Positions 20,343 through 30,620 are shown, numbered from the stretch's first letter. The stretch is DNA of 64,000 bases from an uncultured virus (IMG/VR IMGVR_UViG_2700989551_000001) (IMGVR_UViG_2700989551_000001), one strand, 5' to 3'. Numbers and translations: made by a program. The notes: generated by a model from the letters alone, not told the origin.

Positions 20343-23300
20343 CTAGTCGAGCACCCACCCGTCGTCCGGATCCGCGGCGACGCTCACCGTCACATCCCCG
20401 TCCGTGTCCGACGATTGGTCGACGACGCCCACCGGTTTCGGCCTGGCCGGCATGAGATCCGACCAGTCGACCGGCGTCGCGTCCGGCACGCCCGCCATGC
20501 GGGCCCGCACGTCCGCGTTCGGACCGCACCACCAGCATTGCACCATCTGCAGGCCGCGCCCCATGCGCTCGTACACGCCCCTGCCTTTCGGCATGCCGCC
20601 CGAATCCATGGCCTGACGGATCAGCCGGTTCCCCTCCCTCTCGTTCTGCGCGCTCACGTTCCCCCTCACGTCGCCCGCGCCGACGAACAGGCGGCCCATC
20701 TGGTTCTTCGCCAGGCCCGCGTCCGGCAAAGCGTCCATGCTCTCCGCCTTCATCATCTGCGAGCCCAGGATCATCGTAATCCCCTGGGAGCGATGCTGGG
20801 TGAGGATATGGCTCACCGACGCGCCGATCCGGCGTTTCAGCCGGTCGCGCCACGCGTCCATCATGATCATGTTGTCCACATCCGGGTCGCCCGTCGGATT
20901 CCGTTTCACGCCCTTCGACAGTTCCAGGAGGCTCACGAACTCGTCCAGAAACACGATGATGCGCGGCGGGCGGATGCCGGCCGGCAGCATGTCGATGTTC
21001 TCCGCCCCATGCTCCTTCTGCAATGCGAGCCGGCGCCGCCCCTCACGGTCGATCCAGTCGAGCATGGCCGCGCACTCGTCCAACCCGGTCGCGAACCCGG
21101 ACAGTTTGCCTTTCACGGGCGCGAAATCGTTGCCCGACTTCACCGGATCGCCGACGAACGCCTGCCAGCCGTGCAACAGGGCGGCGTTCACCAGGGTGAC
21201 GGCCGCGCTCGTCTTGCCGCTCATCGTCTGCCCGGTGATCAGCAGATGCGCCGTGTCATGAGGGTCGAACAGGACCGTGCGCCCGTCGTCGCCGACCGCG
21301 AACGGCAGGCCCGTCGAATCCGGGTCCGCGCCCATGAGCCGCCAGTCCGCCATGACCCGTTCCGGCAGCGGATCCATGCGTGACAGGAGGAGCGTGAGCG
21401 GCGCATCTCCCCTGACGCGGCGCGCGTACATGAACCCGCCGGTCGCGCGGAACGCGTCCAGACGGCCCATCGCGCCCTCCACGCCCAGGCCGGCCGGCAG
21501 GGCGAACGACGCCTTGACGAGCCGGCCGCCCCCGTCCTCGACGCGCAGCGTGGTCACGGGACGCCCGTCCGCGCCCGTCGCCTTGGACGCGGCCCACGCC
21601 TCGTCCAGGCGCAGCCTGATCATCCGGTCCATGTCCCGGCGGGAACGCCAGTCGCGCGCGTCCATGCTCGGCACGCCGCCCGCCCACAGGATCGCATGCC
21701 CCTGGTCGCGCCACTCCCACAGCGTCTCGTCCGCACCCATCGCGCTTTTCAGACGTTCCTGCACGCGACGCAGATCCGACGCGGTCAGCCCGCCCTCCAG
21801 GCGGATCGGGATACGCCATGCGCTGTTCGCGCCCACGCCCAACTGGCTTGCGGCCCCGACCGTGGGCGGCGTTTTCAGGGCGAGCGCGCACGCGTGCGAC
21901 ACGATGACGCGCGCCAGGAGGCTGCGCGCCCTCGAATCGCCGGTCAGGGCGCGCAGCGTGTCCGGCATCCCCCGGTTGTCGTCCGTGTTGGGCGCGTGCA
22001 CGAACTGGAGGAGCCGGGAGCGGGGCCGGTCTCCTTCCAGCCAGGGCAGGAAGTCCGCGATCGGGCTTTCCGAGAACGCGCCGCGCAGGTTCGAACGCAT
22101 GTAGTCGGCGGCCGTGTACGCGCGGCCTATCGCCATCGCGTACGATGTGATCCGCCAGCCGGCCGGATCGGCGATGGTTTCCGTGTTGTCGTGGAAGATC
22201 GTTTCGGGGGCGGGCAGTTTCACGGGTTCCAGGCCGCCCGACATGATCGATTTCAACCGTTTGTCCTCGCCGATCAGCCGCATGTAGCGGACCGGATCGT
22301 CATGGCGGCGGGTCAGCGTGTCGGACATGAGCGGCCGCATCGTCTTCGGATCCCAGTCATAGGAGTCCCAGTCCGCGTCCACGCTCACCCAGCCGTGCCC
22401 GCCGCCCGGATCCGCGGTCACCAGTATGTTCTCCGTGTTCATCCAGTCGCCGAACGCGCCGGGCGCGGCCCCTTTCAGCCAGTCGCGGGAGATCATGTCC
22501 CAGTCGGCGTTCGACCCGTCGATGCGGAACGAGCGGACCGCGGGCCTGCCGTCCCGGGACGCGACGATCCTCACGTCCGTGACGCGTCCGGGGAACGCGC
22601 CGTACATGGCGCCCATGCGCGTCTCGTCGACCATGAGGCGCGCTTCGAGCATCGTCCGGTCGGCGAGCAGGTCCGCCGGGTCGGGCGCGTCCGCGGGGCA
22701 GACGGCGACCGTGACCCGCGTCCTGTCGCGCCCCATGAACGCGAAGCCCGCAAGCATGCCGTCCGCCTGGGTGACGGGCGTGAACGTCTTCATGGTCGAA
22801 TCGTTCGCCCATTGGACGGCGTTCGACACGTCCAGTTGGAAGACGCGCGACCCGTCCGCGCCGACACGCGTGTCGTGCGCGCCGCCGGGCAGCGCGTCGA
22901 ACGGCGGCTTGTTCAGGCCCGCGATCCACCGGCCGACCATGAGGCGGCTCTCATAATCCGTATGGAAGCGTTTCCGGTTCGCCCGCCATGCGGGCCACAT
23001 GGGGGCGGCGGCGCCCAGGCACATGAGCATGGGCATGGGCCACCAGACGCCCGTCCACGCGGATTGGAGGACGCCGAGAACGAGTCCCGCGCCCAGTCCC
23101 GTGAGTATCCACGGCAGCCGTTTCCTCGCCCATCTGACGCGCATGCGCCGCATGTTCGAATCCAGGCCGCGCACGGTGCAGGTCATGTCGCGGCGCTGCT
23201 GGCCGACGCCCATGACGGCCAGCCAGCAGGCCAGCATGTCCGCGCCCGCCATGATCGGACGCCACGTGCCGGACGCGGACGATATCCACCCGTAGTCGAG

Positions 23301-23636
23301 GCATGCGATCGCCATGGCGGGCATCGCGTCCGCATACAGGGGAGACAGCCCGCCGTCGAGCCAACGGGAGGCGCGACGCCATGACGCCTCCATGCGCCGC
23401 TCCCTCTCGTCCCCGGGCGCCGGCCGGCCGTCCAGACCCTTGCCGGACAGGACGGGACGCCGGGCCGTCAGACGGGCCGCCAGCCAGCCCAGGCACCAGA
23501 CGGTCATGCCCGGCAGACGGAACGCGGTCAGCATGAGCGCGACGACGAGCGTGAGGACACGGACGAACGCGTGCGGGCTGGACGGTTCGTCCCGTTTCGT
23601 TTTCGGCCGCGACCGGCCGTTCCGACGGTATGCCAT
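20343..23636 (-). CDS. FtsK/SpoIIIE-family membrane ATPase (TcpA/coupling-like)
   Basis: N-terminal TM helices; HLLITGQTMSGKT, DPVK, IIVFLDEF, RSQGITMILGSQ, KGRG. Confidence 0.85.
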   Translation of the reverse strand: MAYRRNGRSRPKTKRDEPSSPHAFVRVLTLVVALMLTAFRLPGMTVWCLGWLAARLTARRPVLSGKGLDGRPAPGDERERRMEASWRRASRWLDGGLSPLYADAMPAMAIACLDYGWISSASGTWRPIMAGADMLACWLAVMGVGQQRRDMTCTVRGLDSNMRRMRVRWARKRLPWILTGLGAGLVLGVLQSAWTGVWWPMPMLMCLGAAAPMWPAWRANRKRFHTDYESRLMVGRWIAGLNKPPFDALPGGAHDTRVGADGSRVFQLDVSNAVQWANDSTMKTFTPVTQADGMLAGFAFMGRDRTRVTVAVCPADAPDPADLLADRTMLEARLMVDETRMGAMYGAFPGRVTDVRIVASRDGRPAVRSFRIDGSNADWDMISRDWLKGAAPGAFGDWMNTENILVTADPGGGHGWVSVDADWDSYDWDPKTMRPLMSDTLTRRHDDPVRYMRLIGEDKRLKSIMSGGLEPVKLPAPETIFHDNTETIADPAGWRITSYAMAIGRAYTAADYMRSNLRGAFSESPIADFLPWLEGDRPRSRLLQFVHAPNTDDNRGMPDTLRALTGDSRARSLLARVIVSHACALALKTPPTVGAASQLGVGANSAWRIPIRLEGGLTASDLRRVQERLKSAMGADETLWEWRDQGHAILWAGGVPSMDARDWRSRRDMDRMIRLRLDEAWAASKATGADGRPVTTLRVEDGGGRLVKASFALPAGLGVEGAMGRLDAFRATGGFMYARRVRGDAPLTLLLSRMDPLPERVMADWRLMGADPDSTGLPFAVGDDGRTVLFDPHDTAHLLITGQTMSGKTSAAVTLVNAALLHGWQAFVGDPVKSGNDFAPVKGKLSGFATGLDECAAMLDWIDREGRRRLALQKEHGAENIDMLPAGIRPPRIIVFLDEFVSLLELSKGVKRNPTGDPDVDNMIMMDAWRDRLKRRIGASVSHILTQHRSQGITMILGSQMMKAESMDALPDAGLAKNQMGRLFVGAGDVRGNVSAQNEREGNRLIRQAMDSGGMPKGRGVYERMGRGLQMVQCWWCGPNADVRARMAGVPDATPVDWSDLMPARPKPVGVVDQSSDTDGDVTVSVAADPDDGWVLD

Positions 23637-23700
23637 GCGCGCCGCCTATGCCGGCCCGCGCATAGGCGCCCCCCGCAGACGACCACGGAAAGGAGCCATC

Positions 23701-24975
23701 ATGGGCGTGGACAGGAACGGGAGGAGCCACAGGCCGAGCGGACTGCCGCAGGGGTATGCGGGCACGTTCGACAGGACGGGCGGGGATGCGGGCGGCGACG
23801 TGGCCCCGCCCGACCCGCTGATCGCCATGGCGAGCGAAAGCATGCGCATGCGCGCGCTGACCGACCATACGCAGGTGAAAAGCGCGTCGGAGACGCGGGG
23901 CCTGCTCGACATGGCCGACCATGTCGAATACGGGCCGGACGGCGCGATCCTGTACGACGGGGACGGGAACATCCTGTTCCGTGAGGATCCGTCCGTGCCC
24001 GGACTCGACTCGACGGTGATGCGGCACGATCCGAAAACGCAGGCCGCGGTTCGAGCCGCGTTCCAGGCGGACCTGGGCGAATACCCGGCCGCCGGCCGGC
24101 GCGCCCTGATCCGTGCCGCGAACCGGCATGCGAGCGCGTATTCACGGCGCCGCGCCATCGATTCGAGCCCGAACCGCAGGTATCTGCCCGCATCCACGAT
24201 CGCGTCGAGCCTCGCCCGGCGTGCCGACCGGGACACGGCGGACCGGATCCTGCGCGAACTGCACTACGAGGACGCGAACGCGAGCGCGAACGTGATCCGC
24301 GCCGGCTACCCGGACGACAAGGCGAGCGCGTTCAAATTCATCAACTACACGAAGATCCGACGCGACAAGGACGGCAGGCCGGTGCACGGCGAATGGACCG
24401 ACCGGGACGGGAAGCGCAAGAGCGGGATCATGCCCGAACCGCGGGGGGCCGCGTCCCGCGCCTACCTCAGGATGCTGTACCAGCCGACCGACGGCGTCCC
24501 CTCGAAGCAGGAGTGCGACCGCATGGCCCACGTGTTCGCCCGCATGGACGATCCGGACATCCAGGCCAGGGCGTTCTGGAACCTGTGCCACGGCAACGCG
24601 AACCCGGACGACCGGTGGGACGACGTGAACTTCGAAATCGGGCTGATCGGCCAGAAAAGGACGGACAGGGGCGGCGCCGCGCTGCTCGACGCGTACAGCC
24701 GGCGCAAAGGCGGTCAGGGCAACGCGGCGCGCATGCTCGCCTACAGGAAATGCATGAGCCGTGACGCGGCCGTCCGTTTCCTCGCCATGGACGACATGGA
24801 CGCGCGGCGCGCGCACACCCAGTACACGCGCCGCCGTCGCAGCAGGACGACGGGGCTCATGGAGGACGTGAAGCCGAAACGGCTCACCGAGATGCGCGCG
24901 TTCATCCACGCGGTCTACCAGATCCCCAACCGTGAGGTCGACGAGTACCGGGCCGTACGGGACGCGGACGCGTGA
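23701..24975 (+). CDS. Hypothetical protein with N-terminal DRNxRSHRxxGLPQGxAGTF motif
   Basis: SD GAAAGGAG. The N-terminus is shared with the ORF at 61527. Confidence 0.75.
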   Translation: MGVDRNGRSHRPSGLPQGYAGTFDRTGGDAGGDVAPPDPLIAMASESMRMRALTDHTQVKSASETRGLLDMADHVEYGPDGAILYDGDGNILFREDPSVPGLDSTVMRHDPKTQAAVRAAFQADLGEYPAAGRRALIRAANRHASAYSRRRAIDSSPNRRYLPASTIASSLARRADRDTADRILRELHYEDANASANVIRAGYPDDKASAFKFINYTKIRRDKDGRPVHGEWTDRDGKRKSGIMPEPRGAASRAYLRMLYQPTDGVPSKQECDRMAHVFARMDDPDIQARAFWNLCHGNANPDDRWDDVNFEIGLIGQKRTDRGGAALLDAYSRRKGGQGNAARMLAYRKCMSRDAAVRFLAMDDMDARRAHTQYTRRRRSRTTGLMEDVKPKRLTEMRAFIHAVYQIPNREVDEYRAVRDADA

Positions 24976-24989
24976 CGATCATGGAAGAA

Positions 24990-25052
24990 AAGAGGGGGGC
25001 CGTCCGGTTCCCGCCTGCCCCGATGGGGTTGCGGGACCGGACGGCCCCTCTT
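24990..25052. terminator. Hairpin between convergent genes
   Basis: AAGAGG..GGCCGTCCGGT.CCCGC / GCGGGACCGGACGGCCCCTCTT. Confidence 0.6.
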
Positions 25053-25071
25053 CCTGTGCCGGAACGGCCCG

Positions 25072-25365
25072 TCATGCGACGGGTCGGGGTTCGGCGGGCT
25101 CCCAGTCCTCGCCGATCTCCTCCTCGTTGACCCAGTCGCGCTCCCACAGGGAGTAGCCGCCGGCCAGCGCGTATTCCACGCCGGTCAGCCCGTTCAGGTC
25201 GGCCACGTGCAACGCGTCCTCCTTGGACGCGCACCATGTGGCGTTCTGCGCGTCCGGCTCCCATGCGCCGTCCGTGCCGTCAAGGTCGGCGTCGTACAGC
25301 CATGCGCCGTCCATATCGCGGCGCACCGCGTATTCGACGCCGCCCTTACCGTTCAATCGGACCAT
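25072..25365 (-). CDS. Small acidic hypothetical protein
   Basis: SD AAAGGAAG, natural composition, upstream GACGCATAG motif. Confidence 0.7.
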   Translation of the reverse strand: MVRLNGKGGVEYAVRRDMDGAWLYDADLDGTDGAWEPDAQNATWCASKEDALHVADLNGLTGVEYALAGGYSLWERDWVNEEEIGEDWEPAEPRPVA

Positions 25366-25410
25366 GTCGTCTTCCTTTCGTCCATGATTGATGCCGTTTT
25401 CCGAAGCCCG

Positions 25411-27117
25411 CTATGCGTCCCCGCGCAGCATGCGCGTGGATTCGGCGAGCATGAGGGCCGCGAGGCGTCCCGCGGCGCGGATGCGTTCCAGCCGGGCGTC
25501 CAGCGTCCCCTCCCCGTCCCCGTCATGGTCGAGGATGAGGCGCAGCACGCGTTCCACGTCGCGGGCGAGCGTGGAGTCCAGCCACGCGAACAGGGCGGCC
25601 CGTTCCGGCCGGCCTTCGGCCAGTCCGGGCACGTCGGGCACGATCGGCCCGTACGCCTTGCGCGCCGCCGCCCATTGGACGCGCAGCAGTTCCAGCGCGA
25701 TCGGGCGGATGCGTTCCGTATGCCCGTCGGCGAGCAGGCCGGCGCGGGCGAACGTGAGCGTCAGCTGCGTGAACCCGTATCCGGCGACGTTGAACCCGTG
25801 TTCCGACCAGGACGGGTCGTACGGCCTGCGCTCCGCGAGCGTCACCTCCGGCACGGGCTCCGGCTCGGATGCGGCGGATTCCGGCACCTGTTCCGGCACG
25901 GGTTCCGGCTTCGCCTCCGGATCCGTCGCGGGTTCCGTCCCGGATGCGACGGGTTCCGGCTTCGGCGTCGGATTCCACGGATCCTCGCCCGGACCCGAAC
26001 CCATCCACCGGTCCATCGTCTCACGCCCCTGCGGCGTCTCCCACGGATCCGGCGCCGGTTCGGGCAGACCGGCGCGCGGACGCGCCGCGGCCGCGCGCTT
26101 CACCTCCCCGGTTTCCGCCTCCGGGGCGGCGGCGTCCAATCCGAACAGGTCCAACATCACAGGCTCCTTCCTCACATGATTCCAACCACCGGTATGCGTC
26201 CCCACGAACCCGACGCGCGGATCGTCCGGGCCGACGCTCGACAAGGCGTCCCGCCGGCCCGACGGTATGATCCGGGCCAGCGGGCAGGCGCGCGCCACCG
26301 GACACCAGGCGCACAGGCCCGACGGCCTCAACGGCAGGACGCCGTCCCCGTCCGCGCCCGTCGCGCGCACAATCCCGTCCCACGCATGACGGAAACGGGA
26401 CACGGTGTCCGTGCACGCCGCATCCGACAGGTCCGCGGCCGCCCACGCATGATGCTCCACATACACGTCACGCGCCGCACGCACCTCGCACACGCCGTTC
26501 GCCTCCAGCATCAGCCGGTACAGGCGCAGCTGGTCCGCATGCCGCCGGCGGGCGTCACGGTACTTCGGCGTGCCGCCCGTCTTCCAATCCACCACCGTGC
26601 CGTCCACGTCACGATAGTCCACGGCGCCACGCAACGGGATGCCGTCGACATCCGCCTCCAGATCCTGCTCCAACGCGGCCGGCTCCAACACGCGGCCCAA
26701 CGCGTCCGTCAAAACGAACCCCGACAGCTTCGCCGCCGCGGCCCCCACCCAATCATCCTGCGTGGCGGGCGAACCGTCCGGCATCGCCACGCCGGGCGGG
26801 ATCGGCTCATCGCCCCAACCCCGCGCCCTCCACCGCTCGTACTCCACGCCGACGCCCCTGGCGCACAGGGCCCGCCAATCCGGGGCGACACGATCCGGCG
26901 TACGGCAGGCAAGCTCCAACGCGGCGTGCGCGATGCCGCCCAGGACGAGCGGACTGCCCCACAGACGGGGCTTCGGCATCAGCTTCTCCGCCGCCCAACG
27001 CGCCGGGCACGACATCCACTTGTCCAACGCGCTGAACGACGCGTGCGAGGGACGCGCCAGACGCGCACGGGCGACACCCGCCCCCATATCGAACGTCATC
27101 AACAGTTCATCACTCAT
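25411..27117 (-). CDS. PD-(D/E)XK nuclease (AddB/RecB/Cas4-like, four-Cys) fused to an unrelated C-terminal region
   Basis: FSALDKWMSCPARW, LRGAVDY, VVDWKTG, QLRLY, CAWCPVARACP. Internal promoter motif, SD and ATG at 26157. Confidence 0.8.
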   Translation of the reverse strand: MSDELLMTFDMGAGVARARLARPSHASFSALDKWMSCPARWAAEKLMPKPRLWGSPLVLGGIAHAALELACRTPDRVAPDWRALCARGVGVEYERWRARGWGDEPIPPGVAMPDGSPATQDDWVGAAAAKLSGFVLTDALGRVLEPAALEQDLEADVDGIPLRGAVDYRDVDGTVVDWKTGGTPKYRDARRRHADQLRLYRLMLEANGVCEVRAARDVYVEHHAWAAADLSDAACTDTVSRFRHAWDGIVRATGADGDGVLPLRPSGLCAWCPVARACPLARIIPSGRRDALSSVGPDDPRVGFVGTHTGGWNHVRKEPVMLDLFGLDAAAPEAETGEVKRAAAARPRAGLPEPAPDPWETPQGRETMDRWMGSGPGEDPWNPTPKPEPVASGTEPATDPEAKPEPVPEQVPESAASEPEPVPEVTLAERRPYDPSWSEHGFNVAGYGFTQLTLTFARAGLLADGHTERIRPIALELLRVQWAAARKAYGPIVPDVPGLAEGRPERAALFAWLDSTLARDVERVLRLILDHDGDGEGTLDARLERIRAAGRLAALMLAESTRMLRGDA

Positions 27118-27219
27118 ACGCGCGCTTATGCGTCCCCCGAAAAAAAACAGGCCGGGGCCCGCCGGCCCCCTCCCGGAAAAGGAAGGGGACGACGGGCCCC
27201 GGCCTATGCCGCCGCCGGT

Positions 27220-27537
27220 TCAGGCGGCGAGCCTCCACGCATGGTCCAGGCACTCCCACAAGGGGCAGTACCGGCGCGACGCCCACTCGAACCCCCTGAA
27301 CGGGGGGACGGTCAGTCGCGGGTCGATCCGCGCGAGCTCCCTGTCGCACAACGGGACGCCCAGACGGCGCAGCCACGGCAGACGCGCCATCGCCGCCCTC
27401 ACCATGCGCGCGTCATACGAGCCGTCCGCCGACGGCCGGGGCAGCGCATGATGTTCGGACAGGAGCGGGAGGAACGATTCCGGCACGTCCAAAAGACGCG
27501 CCGTCTGGCCCGCGGCCAGCATGCCCGGCATCACCAT
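27220..27537 (-). CDS. Hypothetical protein, possible MerR/excisionase-like HTH
   Basis: LAAGQTARLLDVPESFL resembles an HTH; start overlaps the upstream stop. Confidence 0.55.
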   Translation of the reverse strand: MVMPGMLAAGQTARLLDVPESFLPLLSEHHALPRPSADGSYDARMVRAAMARLPWLRRLGVPLCDRELARIDPRLTVPPFRGFEWASRRYCPLWECLDHAWRLAA

Positions 27538-28106
27538 CAGGCCAGCCCCCTGACCGCATCCACATCCAGGCCGGGCGCGGCGGACGCCAGCGCGTACTGC
27601 AGGTCGGTGGGCGACGAGCCCGTCGGCTTGACCGAACCCGCCAGATCCGGGTCGAGCGCGAGCGCGACCCTGGCGGCGCGCCTGACGCCCGCCATGTCCT
27701 TCTCCAACGCCTGGCCGACCAGGATCGCGCGTCGCAGCGGATCCGTCTCGTCATGCCATGCGACAAGCAGGCCGACCGGCGCCGACAGGCCGCCCTTCAA
27801 CACGGCCAGGGCGAGACGGTCCGCATCGTCCGCGTCCACGTCCGCGGCGGACGCGACCACGCGGCGCGTCCGCCCGTCGTCCAGCAGGGCCAGCGCCTCG
27901 CGCGCCTGACGCACCCGATCCGCGGTCCACGCGAACGCGGGGCGCGCGCGTTTCGGACGCGGCCTCGCCTCCACGGCCTTCGGCTCCGCCGGCCCCGCGT
28001 CGGCCTGCGGTTCCGGCGCGGCCGGAACATCCGGCACGGGTTCCGGCACGGGTTCCGGCTGCGGGTCGAAACCGTTCCAACCCCGATCACCATCGAACAT
28101 CGACAT
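27537..28106 (-). CDS. Hypothetical protein
   Basis: SD GAAGGAG; Pro/Glu-rich N-terminus followed by a helical domain. Confidence 0.7.
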   Translation of the reverse strand: MSMFDGDRGWNGFDPQPEPVPEPVPDVPAAPEPQADAGPAEPKAVEARPRPKRARPAFAWTADRVRQAREALALLDDGRTRRVVASAADVDADDADRLALAVLKGGLSAPVGLLVAWHDETDPLRRAILVGQALEKDMAGVRRAARVALALDPDLAGSVKPTGSSPTDLQYALASAAPGLDVDAVRGLA

Positions 28107-28229
28107 GCTATTGCTCCTTCAATCCAGGGACGGATATCGTCACGCCGCCCCTATGCGCGTGCGACGCATCATGCCACGCCCCGTCGAACAGACGGCGGCG
28201 CGGCCCCCGGGCGTCCGGCGCACGCCGCG

Positions 28230-28415
28230 GACGAAAACGAAAAAAAGGAGACAAAGAAAAGGAAAAAGAGAAAAAGAGCAAAAGAGGAAAACACGATACG
28301 ACACCATCCCATCAGCCATCAGAAAAGAAAAAAGACAGGACACCGACACCCAGGAACACACGCGACGGACACCACACCACGACGGAAACCACACCACAAA
28401 ACAGCATCACATCAA
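28230..28415. other. Strongly strand-asymmetric A/C-rich non-coding tract (candidate ori, oriT or centromere)
   Basis: About 5 T in 180 nt on the + strand, A-runs and ACACC repeats; lies between divergent genes. Confidence 0.55.
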
Positions 28416-28474
28416 GGGGAGGGATCGTTTTCCCTTGCAAAAAACCGGGTTTCGGGGGCGCATAGCCGCCCGCC

Positions 28475-29266
28475 ATGACTCAGGCGGCTATCACGTTCGT
28501 GACCGGCGGATCCGGCGGCATCGGCAAAAGCACCGCCGCCCGCATGCTCGCCCACGCGCTCGGCTCCGCCCGGCTGCGCACCGCGCTCGTCGACGGCAAC
28601 CCCGGACAGCAGTCCCAACGCGCCTGGCTGAACGTCCCCGATTCGAAGGCGTTGGAATACGCGTTCGTCGACGGATTGCAGTCCGCGCTCGTCCGGCCCC
28701 GGGACACGGGCGGCATGTTCGCACTGCTCGCCGGACCCGCCGACCCGCATTCCAAGGACATGACCCACGACTACCTGGAAGCGGTCATCGGACTGCGGGC
28801 CATGTGCGACATGATCGTCGTGGACGCGGACCGTGTCGACGGGCGCCTGTGGGACGATCCCGCTTCGTTCGCGGGCGGCGTCATGCGGCCCATGGTCGAG
28901 ACGGGCGGGGCGCGCATCCTGTTCAGGATCGGCCAGTCCGGCTCGCAGACGGACGACGGGCTCGCCGCATTGGACGCGATCCGCCGGCCGGACCGGATCC
29001 GCGCGGTGGCGGTCGCGCCTCCCGGCGTGAAGCCGTGGCCGGCCCGCCGCTGGCGGGCATTGCTCGACGGGCTCGCCGAATACGGGGGCGTGGACGAGTG
29101 GGATGAGGCGAGCCGCCGGCTCATCGACTCGCATGCGTGCGGATGGGCGCATGGCATGGAACCGGATTGGCTGCGCGGCGCATGCATATGGATGGGCGTC
29201 GACCCTCATGCATGGAACCCGGCGGAGGGGGGACGATCATGGCTGCCATGGTCCCGGACGCGATGA
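28475..29266 (+). CDS. ParA/MinD/CpaE-like P-loop ATPase
   Basis: ITFVTGGSGGIGKST, TALVDGN, DMIVVDAD. Lacks the signature Lys of canonical ParA. Confidence 0.8.
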   Translation: MTQAAITFVTGGSGGIGKSTAARMLAHALGSARLRTALVDGNPGQQSQRAWLNVPDSKALEYAFVDGLQSALVRPRDTGGMFALLAGPADPHSKDMTHDYLEAVIGLRAMCDMIVVDADRVDGRLWDDPASFAGGVMRPMVETGGARILFRIGQSGSQTDDGLAALDAIRRPDRIRAVAVAPPGVKPWPARRWRALLDGLAEYGGVDEWDEASRRLIDSHACGWAHGMEPDWLRGACIWMGVDPHAWNPAEGGRSWLPWSRTR

Positions 29267-29673
29267 GCGGCGTCCAGGCGGCGCGGGACGCGAACCTGAT
29301 ACGCGCGGAGGCTTTGGTCGCGGTGCGCGCGAAGGCGGAGCGCGGGGATTTCACGCATGCCCTGTCCGACCTGCTGCGTGACGCGTTGGGATCGAGGCCG
29401 CTGCTGCGCCTGCACATCTGGCGTGTCGAACAGGCCGCGTTCGACAATCGGACGGCGACATGCAAACGGCATGCGCGCATCGCGGCCGGATGGTGCGGGG
29501 TGGACGGGGCGCGCGCCGGATCCCTGACGCTCGCCTGGCTGTTGGACGAGCGGACGGGCGGCGCGAGGCTCGCCGCATGGCTGCTCGCCATCAGCCTGGA
29601 CATGCGTGACGCGCATGGCGGGCACGCGTTCCGCCTGTCCGGCCCGGACCCGTTCGCGCATGTACGCTCCTAG
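29263..29673 (+). CDS. Hypothetical protein
   Basis: ATGA overlap with the ATPase stop; alternative start at 29239. Confidence 0.6.
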   Translation: MSGVQAARDANLIRAEALVAVRAKAERGDFTHALSDLLRDALGSRPLLRLHIWRVEQAAFDNRTATCKRHARIAAGWCGVDGARAGSLTLAWLLDERTGGARLAAWLLAISLDMRDAHGGHAFRLSGPDPFAHVRS

Positions 29674-30620
29674 TCGCTGATCAGGCGGGCGGCCATGGTG
29701 CCGAGCTCCCTGATCACGTCGAATTCGGTGACGTCGTTGGCGGCGGCGACCCGTTGGACGGCGCGTTTCAGGTCGGGCTGCCAGACGCGCCGCCGGCTGG
29801 TCTGCGTCGGCCAGTAGAGGCGGACGGCGTCATGCATGCCGGTCCACGGATGCGGGTCGTGTTCGAGGAGTGGCGCCATGTCCTGCGGGATGGGGGCGAG
29901 CATGAGCATGCACGCGGTGTTCGCGTCGAGCCTGTCGAGCGTATGGTCCCACAGGCCCGCGTCGCGTGCGATTCGGATCGCGTCCTCGCATGTGCCGTCG
30001 GTCACGGCGCGCATCATCTGCTCCCTGATCCGGCCGACGGGGCGCGGCACCCTGAGCGTCGGATCGCGTTCGAACGGGGCGGACGCCATGCTGCCGCCGG
30101 CCACGCTCGTGCTCGACGCGTCGTCGTACACGGGATTATGCCCGTCCTCGGTCTCGAACGCGCTCGCGCTGGGCGTCCTGGTTTTGAGCACGCGTTTCGC
30201 GTTCCACTGGGCGAGCGGCAGGCTGATGCGCCGAACCCATCCGCAGAAGCTGGTGGGTTCGGTCGGATCCCACAGACCGTTCCAGTTCCATTGCGTGCTT
30301 TTCGATTCGACGGGCACGCCCGTGATCTTCTCGAACACGCGGACCGTGACCCAGCGGGTCATGGTGTCCCGCTGCTCCTCGACCGGGTAGAGGCGTCGCA
30401 TCTCGCCTTCCACGAGGTCGGTCTGCTGCATCCACGCGGCGGCCAGCATCCGTTCCCGGGATCCGAATTCGACGGCCCTGTCGGTCCAGTCGATGCCGCG
30501 CACATGCCGGTCGAGCTCCTCCCTGGCGGCCGGATCGTCGGCCAGCCTGTGTTTCGGCTTCCATTCGCCCATCATGCGTCCGATCGAGGTCGCGATCCCG
30601 TGCCGCGCATCCGCCCCCAT
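29670..30620 (-). CDS. Putative highly diverged sigma-70-family (group 3/ECF-like) factor
   Basis: SD AAAGGAGG. Region-2-like LVEGEMRRLY..RDTMTRWVTVRVFEKI..WDPTEPTSFCGWVRRIS; C-terminal region-4-like VAAANDVTEFDVIRELGTMAARL. By-eye similarity only. Confidence 0.5.
   Translation of the reverse strand: MGADARHGIATSIGRMMGEWKPKHRLADDPAAREELDRHVRGIDWTDRAVEFGSRERMLAAAWMQQTDLVEGEMRRLYPVEEQRDTMTRWVTVRVFEKITGVPVESKSTQWNWNGLWDPTEPTSFCGWVRRISLPLAQWNAKRVLKTRTPSASAFETEDGHNPVYDDASSTSVAGGSMASAPFERDPTLRVPRPVGRIREQMMRAVTDGTCEDAIRIARDAGLWDHTLDRLDANTACMLMLAPIPQDMAPLLEHDPHPWTGMHDAVRLYWPTQTSRRRVWQPDLKRAVQRVAAANDVTEFDVIRELGTMAARLISD

Noticed and set aside
25411..27117. Cas4 as part of a CRISPR-Cas system
   Set aside because: No cas1, cas2 or array in the window; solo PD-(D/E)XK nucleases are common on mobile elements.
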